DNA of 31,743 bases, taken from positions 1 to 31,743 of the forward strand of contig DATMCI010000056.1 of assembly GCA_035558535.1 (NCBI GenBank). Direction: 5' to 3'. Below, one piece after another: positions 1 to 9,169 of the stretch; the stretch's first letter is position 1; the number at the start of each line of letters is the position of its first letter. Both the position numbers and the translations under genes were made by a program. The DNA is from Kofleriaceae bacterium. GTDB lineage: Bacteria > Myxococcota_A > Polyangia > Haliangiales > Haliangiaceae. The notes beneath the pieces are model-generated. The model searched no databases. It worked only from the letters and a program-made list of their open reading frames with translations, and was not told the origin of the DNA.

Positions 1-2
1 GC

Positions 3-137
3 CAGGCGCCGCACATCGGGCACCCGACGTTCCCGTGCACGGCCAACGCCGGCCTGACCGCGCAGAAGAGCTTCTACGACAAGACGATGGCGAACATCAC
101 CGCGGGTGGCTGCGCTCCCAAGCCGCTCCAGAACTAG
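3..137 (+). CDS. 3' terminal fragment of an upstream gene (product unknown); reads ...QAPHIGHPTFPCTANAGLTAQKSFYDKTMANITAGGCAPKPLQN*
   Basis: Frame 3 is open from the window edge to TAG at 135-137. It has strong GC third-position bias and is followed by a terminator hairpin at 179-213. Confidence 0.45.
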   Translation, partial: QAPHIGHPTFPCTANAGLTAQKSFYDKTMANITAGGCAPKPLQN

Positions 138-178
138 TCCGAGACTCCCCCCCCAAGAGATAGACAACAGCAAGAGAA

Positions 179-213
179 CCGAAGGCGCCCCGCGAGGGCG
201 CCTTCGGCGTTTT
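179..213 (+). terminator. Rho-independent terminator (11-bp GC-rich stem ccgaaggcgcc/ggcgccttcgg, 7-nt loop, then cgtttt)
   Basis: Perfect inverted repeat at 179-189/197-207 followed by a T4 run, sited 40 bp after the upstream stop codon. Confidence 0.6.
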
Positions 214-318
214 CGGCGCTGCGCGCTCGGCGCCCTCGGCGCTGCGCTGAGCGCTGAGCGGCGAAGGTGTACCTCGAATCGCACCTCAAGTAGCCGCGCG
301 CAGCTAGACTTGACCGAA

Positions 319-909
319 ATGGCCGGCGCGCCTTTCACGGCGATTCCGCCGCTTCCGATCGCCCGCTTCTCGGTGGAGCAATACCACCGCATGCTCGAGT
401 CGGGCGCGTTCACCGAGGACGACCGCCTGGAGCTCATCGAAGGCTGGGTGGTGCAACAGCTGGCGAAGGGTCCCGGTCACGAGTACGCGGTCGGTCAAGG
501 CGAGGAGCTTCTGCGAGCGTGCGTCCCTACCGGATGGCACGTGCGCAACCAGGCGCCCATCACGCTGGCGAGCAGCGAGCCGGAGCCCGACCTGGCGATC
601 GTGCGCGGCGATCGCGGAGCCTATCGACGGCGCCACCCGGCCGCGTCCGACGTCGCGCTGGTGGTCGAGGTCTCGGACACGTCACTCGACACCGATCGCA
701 TCAAGGGCAAGACGTACGGCGCGGCGGGGATCGCCCAGTACTGGATCGTCAACCTCGTCGATCGATGCGTCGAGGCGTACGCGCAGCCGGATCCGGCGAG
801 CGAAGCCGGGTACGCCCGCCGCGCGCTCTTTCGCGCGAACGAGACCATCCCGCTTCATATCGCCGGCCAGGACCTCGGCACGCTGGCCGTGGTCGCGCTC
901 CTGCCCTGA
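319..909 (+). CDS. Uma2 family (DUF820) PD-(D/E)xK putative restriction endonuclease-like protein
   Basis: ATG at 319 inside the listed 106..909 ORF. Motifs FSVEQYHRMLESG...ELIEGWVV, PDLAIV, LVVEVSDTSLDTDRIKGKTYGAAGIAQYWIVNL match the Uma2/DUF820 family signature. Confidence 0.8.
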   Translation: MAGAPFTAIPPLPIARFSVEQYHRMLESGAFTEDDRLELIEGWVVQQLAKGPGHEYAVGQGEELLRACVPTGWHVRNQAPITLASSEPEPDLAIVRGDRGAYRRRHPAASDVALVVEVSDTSLDTDRIKGKTYGAAGIAQYWIVNLVDRCVEAYAQPDPASEAGYARRALFRANETIPLHIAGQDLGTLAVVALLP

Positions 910-1061
910 CTCCAGGTTGCGTCCGGCGCGAGCGCGTGAACACGCACGTGGTGCTCGAGTGAAGACGGCGCGGCTGCCGCGCGTTGCGCGAACGTTCGCG
1001 CACGAACGGTGAGACGAGCCAGCTCGGCGCCGCATGACGAGCGGCTGCCCGCGATCAGCGT

Positions 1062-1513
1062 TCACTCCGGATGACCGCGCTCGGCCACCATATATAAGGA
1101 GGGCGCAGCGCGTTGAACGCGCCGCGTCAAAACTGGGCTCCGTCGGCGACGCTTGACGTCGCGGCGCCGGCATCGCCGCCGCCCTTCACGATCGCTCCGC
1201 GTCGGCCGCCGCGTGGCACGCCAGCTCAACGAGCGCGACGACGGCTCTGGTGCGGTCACGGTCATGCTCGCCACGAATCGACGCGCTCGATCGTCACGTC
1301 CCACCGCACACGCGATAGACAGAACGTTCGCGTCGATCAGGTATCCCATTCGATCCCCGGGCGTCCGGTGTCACGAATGCGCTCGAAATCCACATCCTCG
1401 CCGACGGTCGGAGCGGATAGCAAAACGTCGATGAAGTTCGATCTCCTCTCGCGACTTCGGGTGGAGGAACGCGTGCTCGTCGACCTCGATTGCGATCCGC
1501 GTGGAGATTGCAT
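1062..1513 (-). pseudogene. Decayed VapBC-like toxin-antitoxin remnant: 58-codon antitoxin-like ORF (1337..1513) overlapping a PIN-like N-terminus (MGYLIDANVLS..., 1062..1349) that degenerates into low-complexity sequence
   Basis: The small minus-strand ORF ends ...FIDVLLSAPTVGEDVDFERIRDTGRPGIEWDT*. Its stop overlaps the downstream ATG by 13 bp (ATGGGATACCTGA), as in type II TA pairs. The downstream ORF opens with the PIN-type motif YLIDANVL, then becomes Arg-rich nonsense. Local GC is clearly lower than in the flanks. Confidence 0.25.
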
Positions 1514-1706
1514 CTTAGCGTCCAGAACGACGAGTGATAGACAGCCATGACCAGCGGACCTCGCTCGGAGCCGCGCACAGCCGCCGATGTGACGAACGGT
1601 GCTGGTTGCAGGGATCGCTCGTCCGCACGCGCTAGCCCGCGCGGACGCTCCCCGTTCCTGGATTCCTCCTGCCGGGCGTGCTCAGCTGCCGCGAGAGGAG
1701 GAGCCC

Positions 1707-3344
1707 ATGTCCAAGAAGCTGCCCGCCGGAATCCGCGATTCGCGAGAGCTCACTCGTAAGGTCCAGTCTGGAGCCCTCACGCGCCGCGATCTCTTCAAGC
1801 TGTTCGGCGTCTCCGCCGCGGCGTTCGGCCTCCCGGCCGCCACCGGCTGCTCCGAGGAGTCCTCGCCGTACGACTTCATCATCATCGGCGCGGGGTCGGC
1901 GGGGTGCACGCTGGCGGCGCGGCTCCTCGCCGACTCGGACGCCCGCGTCCTCCTGATCGAGGCCGGCGGCTCGAATGACCGCGAGGAGATCCGGGACTTC
2001 ACCCAGTCCTACCGGCTGACGCTGCCGGACTCGCAGGTCGACTGGGGCTACAAGTCCGAGCCACAGGAGACGCTCCAGAACCGGGTGCAGTCGTACTCGT
2101 CCGGCAAGGTCCTCGGCGGCTCCAGCTCCATCAACGGGATGGTCTGGGTGCAGGGCAATCAGGCCGACTATGACGGGTGGGCCGCGGAGGGCTGCACCGG
2201 CTGGGATTTCGCGAGCGTCCTCCCCTCGCTCCAGGCCCTGAGCGGACCCATCCGTCCCTCCAGCGAGATGACCGCGCGCAACGCGCTGTCACAGGGCATC
2301 GTCCAGGCGGCGGTCGACCTCGGGTACCGATTCAACATGGACTACAATGGCGATAATCAGATGGGTGTCGCGTATACCCAGCTCAACGTCGAGAACGGTA
2401 TCCGCCAGGACGCCTTCACGGCGTTCCTGACGCCGTATTTGGGAGATCCGCGGCTCACGCTGATGACCGACGCCGCGGTCAAGCGCCTGACCTTCGACGG
2501 CTCGAAGACCATCGATCAGGTCATCATCGATACCGGCACAGGCGAGCTCGCGGTGCGGGCGGAGCGCGAGGTCATCGTCTGCACCGGCACCATCCACACG
2601 CCTCACCTCCTGCAGCTGTCCGGCGTGGGTGACCCCGCGGACATCGAGCCGCACGGCATCTCCGTCGTGGCGAACGTGCCCGGGGTCGGGAAGAACCTGC
2701 ACGATCACCTCGTCTCGGTCGTGGCGAAGAAGCTCCAGCAGCCCGGCCCGATGACGCACGTGACCGCGATGGACGTCAACGTGTTCGCCGGTAATGGCCC
2801 GCGCGCCGGCTCGCCGAAGTTCCAGGTCCAGTCGTATTACATGCGGTATGGCTGGGGCGCGTACCCCTCCGAGGCGGTCGCCTTCGGGGTCATCAACCTG
2901 CACCCCACCAGCCGCGGCTACGTGAAGCTGCGCTCGGCGGATCCGCAGGTCGCGCCCATCATCCAGCCCAACTTCCTCGGCACGAGCGAGGACCTGGCCA
3001 ATCACCTCGAGGGCTACAAGCTCGTCCGGGCGCTCCTCGGCGCGCCGGGCATGATCAGCTGGCTCATCGCCGACGAGGCCGTCCCAGGCCCGGGCGTCGT
3101 CACCGACGAGCAGCTCATCGGAGCGATCCGGCAGTACTCCGAGGCCGACTTCCACCCGGTGGGCACGTGCAAGATGGGCACAGATGCCATGGCGGTCGTG
3201 GATCCGCAGCTGCGCGTCCGCGGGCTCAAGGGGCTGCGGCTGGCGAGCGCCGCCATCATGCCGTTCATCACCTCCGGCAACACCAACGCGCCGTCGATGA
3301 TGATCGGCGATCGCTGCGGCCGGCTCCTCCTCGGCCTCGGCTGA
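1707..3344 (+). CDS. GMC family FAD-dependent oxidoreductase (choline dehydrogenase-like), Tat-exported
   Basis: RBS gaggaggag precedes ATG at 1707. Twin-arginine motif TRRDLFK plus a hydrophobic region. Rossmann motif DFIIIGAGSAGC. GMC signature regions are present throughout, with a conserved C-terminal region (HPVGTCKMG...). Confidence 0.9.
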   Translation: MSKKLPAGIRDSRELTRKVQSGALTRRDLFKLFGVSAAAFGLPAATGCSEESSPYDFIIIGAGSAGCTLAARLLADSDARVLLIEAGGSNDREEIRDFTQSYRLTLPDSQVDWGYKSEPQETLQNRVQSYSSGKVLGGSSSINGMVWVQGNQADYDGWAAEGCTGWDFASVLPSLQALSGPIRPSSEMTARNALSQGIVQAAVDLGYRFNMDYNGDNQMGVAYTQLNVENGIRQDAFTAFLTPYLGDPRLTLMTDAAVKRLTFDGSKTIDQVIIDTGTGELAVRAEREVIVCTGTIHTPHLLQLSGVGDPADIEPHGISVVANVPGVGKNLHDHLVSVVAKKLQQPGPMTHVTAMDVNVFAGNGPRAGSPKFQVQSYYMRYGWGAYPSEAVAFGVINLHPTSRGYVKLRSADPQVAPIIQPNFLGTSEDLANHLEGYKLVRALLGAPGMISWLIADEAVPGPGVVTDEQLIGAIRQYSEADFHPVGTCKMGTDAMAVVDPQLRVRGLKGLRLASAAIMPFITSGNTNAPSMMIGDRCGRLLLGLG

Positions 3345-3354
3345 GGGAACGCGC

Positions 3355-3765
3355 CTAGCCGCGCCTCACGATGAAGAACCGCACGTGGTTCGTCGGCTCC
3401 TCCTTCGGGGGCGTGATGTACCCCTTCGGATCGAGGCGCTCGGCCGCCACCTCCTTGCCGATCAGGTAATCGACGATGAGCCGGGCGCGCTTGTCGGCGC
3501 GCTCCTGGCGCGTCGCCTCGTCGCCATCGAGGACGTAGACCTGCACCTCGACCAGCTGGAGCGATGGATTGTTCACGAACGTCGACGCGATCGCGTCGAG
3601 CGTCTTGTACGAGCCCGGCGTCAGCTCGGTCTCGCCCGTGAACTGGATCGGATCGAGGATCTCGATCTTCGTTTCGGAGGTGACGACCTTGCCGGATTGC
3701 TTCGGCGACGAGCCGCCACACGCAACCAAGAGGAGGAGCACGATCCCGGCGAGACGAGCGGTCAT
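3355..3765 (-). CDS. OmpA-like domain lipoprotein
   Basis: Start MTARLAGIVLLLLVACGG (signal peptide plus lipobox Cys). The C-terminal region IQFTGETELTPGSYKTLDAIAS...QERADKRARLIVDYLIGKEVAAERLDPKGYITP resembles the OmpA_C peptidoglycan-binding fold. Confidence 0.65.
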   Translation of the reverse strand: MTARLAGIVLLLLVACGGSSPKQSGKVVTSETKIEILDPIQFTGETELTPGSYKTLDAIASTFVNNPSLQLVEVQVYVLDGDEATRQERADKRARLIVDYLIGKEVAAERLDPKGYITPPKEEPTNHVRFFIVRRG

Positions 3766-3874
3766 GCGCCGACGGTAGCGCGGCCGCGCGCGACGATGCG
3801 GACAATGCCGCGATCGGACTGCCATCCCTGGATGGGAATTGGGGACGAGAGGGACGTGAGCGCGCCCGCGCGGC

Positions 3875-4339
3875 TCACGAGTCGACGAGCAGCTCCGTCA
3901 CCCGGCCGAGGTGCGCGTCGACCTCGACGCGCGCGTCGTAGGCCGGGCCCGCCTCCGGCGGATCACTCCGCGTGAACGTCACGACGAAGACGGGGCCGCG
4001 GCGCGTCACCTCGACGCCGCCGCCCGGCGACAGCTCCACGTTGTCGACGAGGATCTCGCGCGCCACCCGGACCGCCTCCGCTTCGGAGATCTCCGCGGGC
4101 GCGAGGCCGCGCTCCGCCATCACGGCCTTGAGCCTGCGGTACCGCTCGAGCAGCATCGCGCGGTTGCCCCAGTCCTCCTGCTCGTCCGCGACGCGCGGCT
4201 CGAGGAACGTCCCGCCCTCCCCGATCATGCCGTTGAACGGATTCAGCATCACTTGTGCGTAGTCCCAGTCGTGGTGGAACACCATCTCGAACGCCCAGAC
4301 GAGCTCGGTCAGCGCGTCGTGTAGCTCGCGGTCACTCAT
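3875..4339 (-). CDS. Hypothetical protein (154 aa), divergent from the STAND gene
   Basis: Only the 3' 465 nt of the giant 3875..8917 shadow ORF show protein-like composition (MSDRELHDALTELVWAFEMVFHHDWDYAQVMLNPF...). ATG at 4339 (alternative 4348). The rest of that ORF is antisense to the STAND gene. Confidence 0.5.
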   Translation of the reverse strand: MSDRELHDALTELVWAFEMVFHHDWDYAQVMLNPFNGMIGEGGTFLEPRVADEQEDWGNRAMLLERYRRLKAVMAERGLAPAEISEAEAVRVAREILVDNVELSPGGGVEVTRRGPVFVVTFTRSDPPEAGPAYDARVEVDAHLGRVTELLVDS

Positions 4340-4468
4340 GCCGCGCATGATGACAGCCCGCCGCGCGCGAAAACCGGACAGAAAACCGGACAGCCGCGCC
4401 TCCTCGAGCGCGCCAGCATCGTGCAGCAAACGGCGGCACCCCTGGCAATATAGATGTCGGAAGGAGCG

Positions 4469-7400
4469 ATGGACCGCCTCGACCTCGCGCAGGAGCCACG
4501 CAGCGTTGTCCCGGGCCCGTCCGCCCGGTTCGGCAAGAGCCTCGCCGTGGTGATCGGGGTCGACGTCTACGGCGAGGGCATCGCGCCGCTCCGCTCGGCA
4601 GTCGCCGACGCGAAGGCGATCGCGGCGGCGCTGGAGCGCGATCACGGCTTCGAGACGTGGCGCCTGCTCGACGGCGACGCGGAGCTCCCGCACCTGCTCG
4701 CGCTCTTGCGCGAGCGGCTGCCCGCCGCGCTCGAGCAGGGCGATCGGCTCGTGCTCTACTTCGCCGGCCACGGCATCGCGCTCGATGGGGACGCCGGCCC
4801 GGCCGGCTACCTGCTGCCGGCGGGCGCCCAGCGCGCCGAGCGGGATGGCTTCTTGCCGATGCACGTCGTGCACGGCGAGCTGGCGCGGCTCCCGGTGCGC
4901 CACGCGCTGATCATCCTCGACTGCTGCTTCGCGGGCACGTTCCGGTGGTCGAGCCTGCGCGACGTCGTGCCCGAGTCGTCGACGATCTACCGCGAGCGCT
5001 ACGACCGCTACCTCGAGAGCGCGGCGTGGCAGGTGCTGACGTCGGCGAGCAGCGACCAGCTCGCGCTCGACATGCTCGCGAACGACCGCGGCGAGGGCGA
5101 GGGCGTGCACTCGCCGTTCGCGCTCGCGCTGCTCGACGGCCTCGCGGGCGCCGCCGACTACACGCGGGACAACGTGATCACCGCCGACGAGCTGGCGATG
5201 TACGCGCGCGAGCGCGTCGCGTCGGTCGCCGAGTCGGTGGGCCGCCGCCAGGTCCCGCAGCTGTTCCCGCTCGATCGCCACGACGCGGGCCAGTTCGTGT
5301 TCCAGGTGCCGGGCCGCGCGGTCGCCCTCGCCGCCGCGCCGCCGCTCGACGAGGCCCAAAACCCCTACCGCGGCCTGCGATCGTTCCTCGAGGAAGACCG
5401 CGGCCTGTTCTTCGGCCGCGACGCGGTCGTCGAGCGGCTCGCCCTGGCGGCCGCCGCGCGACCGCTCACCGTGGTCGCCGGCCCGTCGGGCTCGGGCAAG
5501 TCGAGCCTCGTCCACGCCGGGCTCGTGCCGGCGCTGCGCGCGCGAGGCTTCACCGTGCTGCCATCGCAGCGCCCGGCGCGCGCGCCGCTCGACGCCCTCG
5601 ACGCGTGGACGCGCGCGCTCGGCGCCGAGCCGATCCCCGGCGCGCCGGTGCGGTCGTGGGCGACCGCGGTCGCGGCGCGGGCCGCCGCCCACCCGGACCG
5701 CCCGTGGCTCGTCATCGTCGATCAGCTCGAGGAGCTGCTCACCCACCGGACCGCCGAGGCCGATCGGCTCGCGTTCCTCGGCGCGCTGGCGGACGCGCTC
5801 CGGGCCGCGCCGCAGCTCCACGTGATCGTGACGGTCCGCTCCGACGCCGAGCCGCAGCTCCACGACACCGCGCTCGCGCCGTGGTGGGCGGCCGGGCGGT
5901 TCGCCGTCCCCGCGATGACCCGCGACGAGCTCCGCCAGATCATCGAGCGGCCGGCGACCGCGGCCGTGCTGCACTTCGAGCCGTCGCGGCTGGTCGATCG
6001 GCTGATCGACGACGTCGCGCTGGTCCCAGCGCCGCTGCCGCTCCTGTCGTTCGCGCTGTCCGAGCTGTACCGCCGCTCGTGGGCGCGCTGGCAGGCCGGC
6101 GACCGCGACCGCGGGCTGCGCGAGGCCGACTACGACGAGATGGGCAGCGTGGCGCGGGCGCTGACCCAGCGCGCGACGGCTGTGCACGACGCGCTGGTGG
6201 CCGAGGACGCGCAGTACGCGACCACGATCCGCAACGTGTTCACCCGAATGGTCGCGCTCGTCGGCGGCGAGCTCGCGCGGCGGCGGGTGCCGCGCCACGA
6301 GCTTGCGTACGAAGATCCGGCCGAGGACCGACGCGTCGACGACGTCCTGCTGCGGTTCCACGACGCGCGCCTGATCTCGCTCGGGACCGAGCCGGCCCCC
6401 GACGGCGGCGCGAGCGCGTACGCCGAGCCGACGCACGACGAGCTGGTGCGCGGCTGGGCCCAGGTCCGCCGCTGGCTCGACGAGCTCGACGCGCCGGCCG
6501 GGACGCGGGCGCTGCTCGGCGCGCTGGCAGACGCGGTGCGGCCGTGGCGGACCCAGGGCCGCGCCGACTCGTACCTGTGGAGCGACGCGCGCGTCGAGCT
6601 CCTGAGCGCGCTCGGGCGGAGCCGCCGGCTCGCGCTCAACGCCGACGAGGCGCGCTTCGTCGCGCGCGCAGCGCGGCGGCGGCGCTCCCAGCGCAGGCGC
6701 CTGGTCGGGGGACTCTTGGCCGTGATCGTCGTCCTGGCCGTGGCCGCCGGCGTCGCCCTCTCGCAGCGCGATCAGGCGCAGCAGAACGCCGCGCGCGCAG
6801 AGGAGAACGCCGCCCGCGAGAAGCTCGCGCAGCAGCGCGCGTCGTCCGAGGCCCAGCGGGCCACGAGCCTGCTCGCGCGCATGTATCAGGAGGCCGGCCA
6901 CCAGTTCCTGCTCGATGGGCACCGCTTCAAGGCGCTGCCGTTCCTGGTGGCGGCGCGGCGCGAGGGCGAGGCGGGCACGCCGCTGCGAATGCTGTTCTGG
7001 ACGGCGACGCGCGCGCTGCCCAGAACGCCGCCGCTCGATCACCAGCGCGCCGTGACGAGCGCCGCGTTCAGCCCCGACGGCGCCCGCGTCGTGACCGGGG
7101 GCTTCGACCATACCGCGCGCGTCTGGGACGCCGCGACCGGTAGGCCGCTCCTGCCGCCCCTCCAGCACGGGGGCATCTTGAAGCGCGTCACGTGGAGCTC
7201 CGACGGCAAGCGGATCGTCACCGCCTCGCTCGACCACCGCGTGCGGATCTGGGACGCCGCGGCCGGCACGCTCCTCGTCACGATCCAGGACCGGAGCGCG
7301 CCGAGCGTCGCCGTGCTCAGCCCCGACGGCGCCCGCCTGCTCACCGCGAACAACAACGACACCGCGCAGCTCTGGGACGCCGCGACCGGCAAGCCGCTCG

Positions 7401-9115
7401 GCCCGCGCTTCCAGCACGCCGGCGCGGTGACCGACGCCGCGTGGAGCCCCGACGGCGCCCGCGTCGTCACCGCCAGCCGAGACTACACCGCGCAGGTCTG
7501 GGACGCCGCGACCGGCAAGCCGCTCGCGCCGCCGCTCCGGCACGCCAGCGTGGTGAACAGCGCCGCGTGGAGCCCCGACGGCGCCCGCGTCATCACCGCC
7601 AGCACCGACAAGACCGCGCGCGTCTGGGACGCCGCGACCGGCGAGTCGATCGGCCCGCCGCTCTTGCACCGCGAGAACGTCCGCGCCGCCTCGTTCAGCC
7701 CCGACGGTGCGCTCGTCGTCACCGCCAGCGACGACAAGACCGCGTGCGTCTGGGACACCGGCGCGGGCCGCTTCCAGCCCCTCGAGCACCAGCGCGCCGT
7801 GACAGGTGCGGCGTGGAGCCCCGACGGAACTCGCGTCGTCACCGCCAGCACCGATGGCACCGCGCGGATCTGGGACGCCGCGACCGGCCGGCCGCTCTCG
7901 CCGCCCCTCGAGCACACGGACGAGATCCTCCACGTCGCGTGGAGCCCCGACGGTGCCCGCATCGTCACCGCGAGCAGAGACAAGACCGCGCGCGTCTGGG
8001 ACGCCGCGAGCAGCGGGCCGCTCTCCCGGTCCCTCGCGCACACGCACGCCGTGAAGACCGCCGCGTGGAGCCCCGACGGCGCCCGCGTCGTCACCGGAGG
8101 CGACGATCATGCCGCGCACATCTTCGCCGCCGCGACTGGCAAGTCGCTCGGCCCGCCCCTCGAGCACCGGGGCTCGGTGAACTGGGTCGCGTGGAGCCCC
8201 GATGGCGCCCGCGTCGTCACCGCCAGCGCCGACGACACCGCGCGGATCTGGAGCGCCGCCACCGGCAAAGAGCTCGCCACCCTCCAGCACCAGAACAAGG
8301 TGTGGCGCGCCGCGTGGAGCCCCGACGGCACCCGCGTCGTCACCGCCAGCTTCGACAAGACCGCGCGGATCTGGAGCGCCGCCACCGGCAAAGAGCTCGT
8401 CACCCTCCAGCACCGGGGCGAGGTGCGAAGCGCCGCGTGGAGCCCCGACGGCACCCGCGTCGTCACCGCCAGCGCCGACAACACCGCGCGCGTCTGGGAC
8501 GCCGCCACCGGCCGCGCCCTGCCCCCGCCGCTCGAGCACCGCGGCCCCGTGTGGAGCGTCGCGTGGAGCCCCGACGGCACCCGCGTCGTCACCGCCAGCG
8601 CCGACAACACCGCGCGCGTCTGGGACGCCGCCACCGGCGCCCAGCGCGCCCGCCCCCTCGAGCACCAGGGCGCCGTGCACGATGCGTCGTTCAGCCCCGA
8701 CGGCTCGCTCGTCGTCACCGCCAGCGCCGACAAGACCGCGCGCGTCTGGGACGCCGCCACCGGCATGCCGGCGTCTCCGGCCTTCGAGCACCGGGACAAC
8801 GTGAGCAGCGCCGCGTTCAGCCCCGACGGCGCGAGCATCGTCACCGCGAACGACGACGGGACCGCGTCCGTGTGGAGCCTCGCCACTCACAAGCTGCTCG
8901 GCGCGCCGTTCCAGCACCGAGAGCTCGTGTGGACCGCAGCGTTCAGCCCCGACGGTACGCGCGTCGTCACCGCCAGCGACGACCAGACCGCGCAGATCTG
9001 GGAGCTCCCGATCGCCAGCGGCTCCCTCGCGGAGTGGGACGAGCTCGCGGAGCGGAGCCCGTACCTGCTCAGTAGCGGCGTGCTCGTGCCGCGCCTTTTG
9101 CGCCCCGCGCCGTGA
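4469..9115 (+). CDS. STAND NTPase: N-terminal caspase-like peptidase C14 domain - NACHT/AAA P-loop NTPase - single hydrophobic helix + coiled coil - ~15 WD40 repeats
   Basis: SD aaggag lies 5 nt before ATG at 4469. Caspase His/Cys dyad context: YFAGHG ... IILDCCFAG. Walker A VVAGPSGSGKSSLV, Walker B LVIVDQLEE. Hydrophobic segment LVGGLLAVIVVLAVAAGVAL. C-terminal tandem WD40 units are built around the recurring WSPDG/VWDAATG motifs. Confidence 0.85.
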   Translation: MDRLDLAQEPRSVVPGPSARFGKSLAVVIGVDVYGEGIAPLRSAVADAKAIAAALERDHGFETWRLLDGDAELPHLLALLRERLPAALEQGDRLVLYFAGHGIALDGDAGPAGYLLPAGAQRAERDGFLPMHVVHGELARLPVRHALIILDCCFAGTFRWSSLRDVVPESSTIYRERYDRYLESAAWQVLTSASSDQLALDMLANDRGEGEGVHSPFALALLDGLAGAADYTRDNVITADELAMYARERVASVAESVGRRQVPQLFPLDRHDAGQFVFQVPGRAVALAAAPPLDEAQNPYRGLRSFLEEDRGLFFGRDAVVERLALAAAARPLTVVAGPSGSGKSSLVHAGLVPALRARGFTVLPSQRPARAPLDALDAWTRALGAEPIPGAPVRSWATAVAARAAAHPDRPWLVIVDQLEELLTHRTAEADRLAFLGALADALRAAPQLHVIVTVRSDAEPQLHDTALAPWWAAGRFAVPAMTRDELRQIIERPATAAVLHFEPSRLVDRLIDDVALVPAPLPLLSFALSELYRRSWARWQAGDRDRGLREADYDEMGSVARALTQRATAVHDALVAEDAQYATTIRNVFTRMVALVGGELARRRVPRHELAYEDPAEDRRVDDVLLRFHDARLISLGTEPAPDGGASAYAEPTHDELVRGWAQVRRWLDELDAPAGTRALLGALADAVRPWRTQGRADSYLWSDARVELLSALGRSRRLALNADEARFVARAARRRRSQRRRLVGGLLAVIVVLAVAAGVALSQRDQAQQNAARAEENAAREKLAQQRASSEAQRATSLLARMYQEAGHQFLLDGHRFKALPFLVAARREGEAGTPLRMLFWTATRALPRTPPLDHQRAVTSAAFSPDGARVVTGGFDHTARVWDAATGRPLLPPLQHGGILKRVTWSSDGKRIVTASLDHRVRIWDAAAGTLLVTIQDRSAPSVAVLSPDGARLLTANNNDTAQLWDAATGKPLGPRFQHAGAVTDAAWSPDGARVVTASRDYTAQVWDAATGKPLAPPLRHASVVNSAAWSPDGARVITASTDKTARVWDAATGESIGPPLLHRENVRAASFSPDGALVVTASDDKTACVWDTGAGRFQPLEHQRAVTGAAWSPDGTRVVTASTDGTARIWDAATGRPLSPPLEHTDEILHVAWSPDGARIVTASRDKTARVWDAASSGPLSRSLAHTHAVKTAAWSPDGARVVTGGDDHAAHIFAAATGKSLGPPLEHRGSVNWVAWSPDGARVVTASADDTARIWSAATGKELATLQHQNKVWRAAWSPDGTRVVTASFDKTARIWSAATGKELVTLQHRGEVRSAAWSPDGTRVVTASADNTARVWDAATGRALPPPLEHRGPVWSVAWSPDGTRVVTASADNTARVWDAATGAQRARPLEHQGAVHDASFSPDGSLVVTASADKTARVWDAATGMPASPAFEHRDNVSSAAFSPDGASIVTANDDGTASVWSLATHKLLGAPFQHRELVWTAAFSPDGTRVVTASDDQTAQIWELPIASGSLAEWDELAERSPYLLSSGVLVPRLLRPAP
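7040..9000 (+). repeat. Nucleotide-level tandem repeat array (period 126 bp = one WD40 unit) inside the STAND gene, including two exactly identical 78-bp copies at 8435-8512 and 8561-8638
   Basis: Strings such as gcgtggagccccgacggc(g/a)cccgcgtcgtcaccgccagc and gacaagaccgcgcgcgtctgggacgccgc recur at a 126-bp spacing many times. Confidence 0.85.
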
Positions 9116-9169
9116 CCGGCCGTCGCGCCCGCGTGCGCGCGGCGCGGCGATCGGCGATCATGCCCGTCC

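Noticed and set aside
3875-8917. 1680-aa minus-strand ORF covering the whole STAND gene
   Set aside because: Antisense shadow ORF typical of 70% GC DNA. It is Arg/Ala/Gly/Pro-rich low complexity, and only its last 154 codons (3875-4339) look genuinely coding.
4657-9075. Long plus-strand ORFs 4657..7143 and 7192..9075 in an alternative frame of the STAND gene
   Set aside because: Off-frame translations made of arginine/proline runs. The in-frame 4469..9115 reading carries all recognisable domains.
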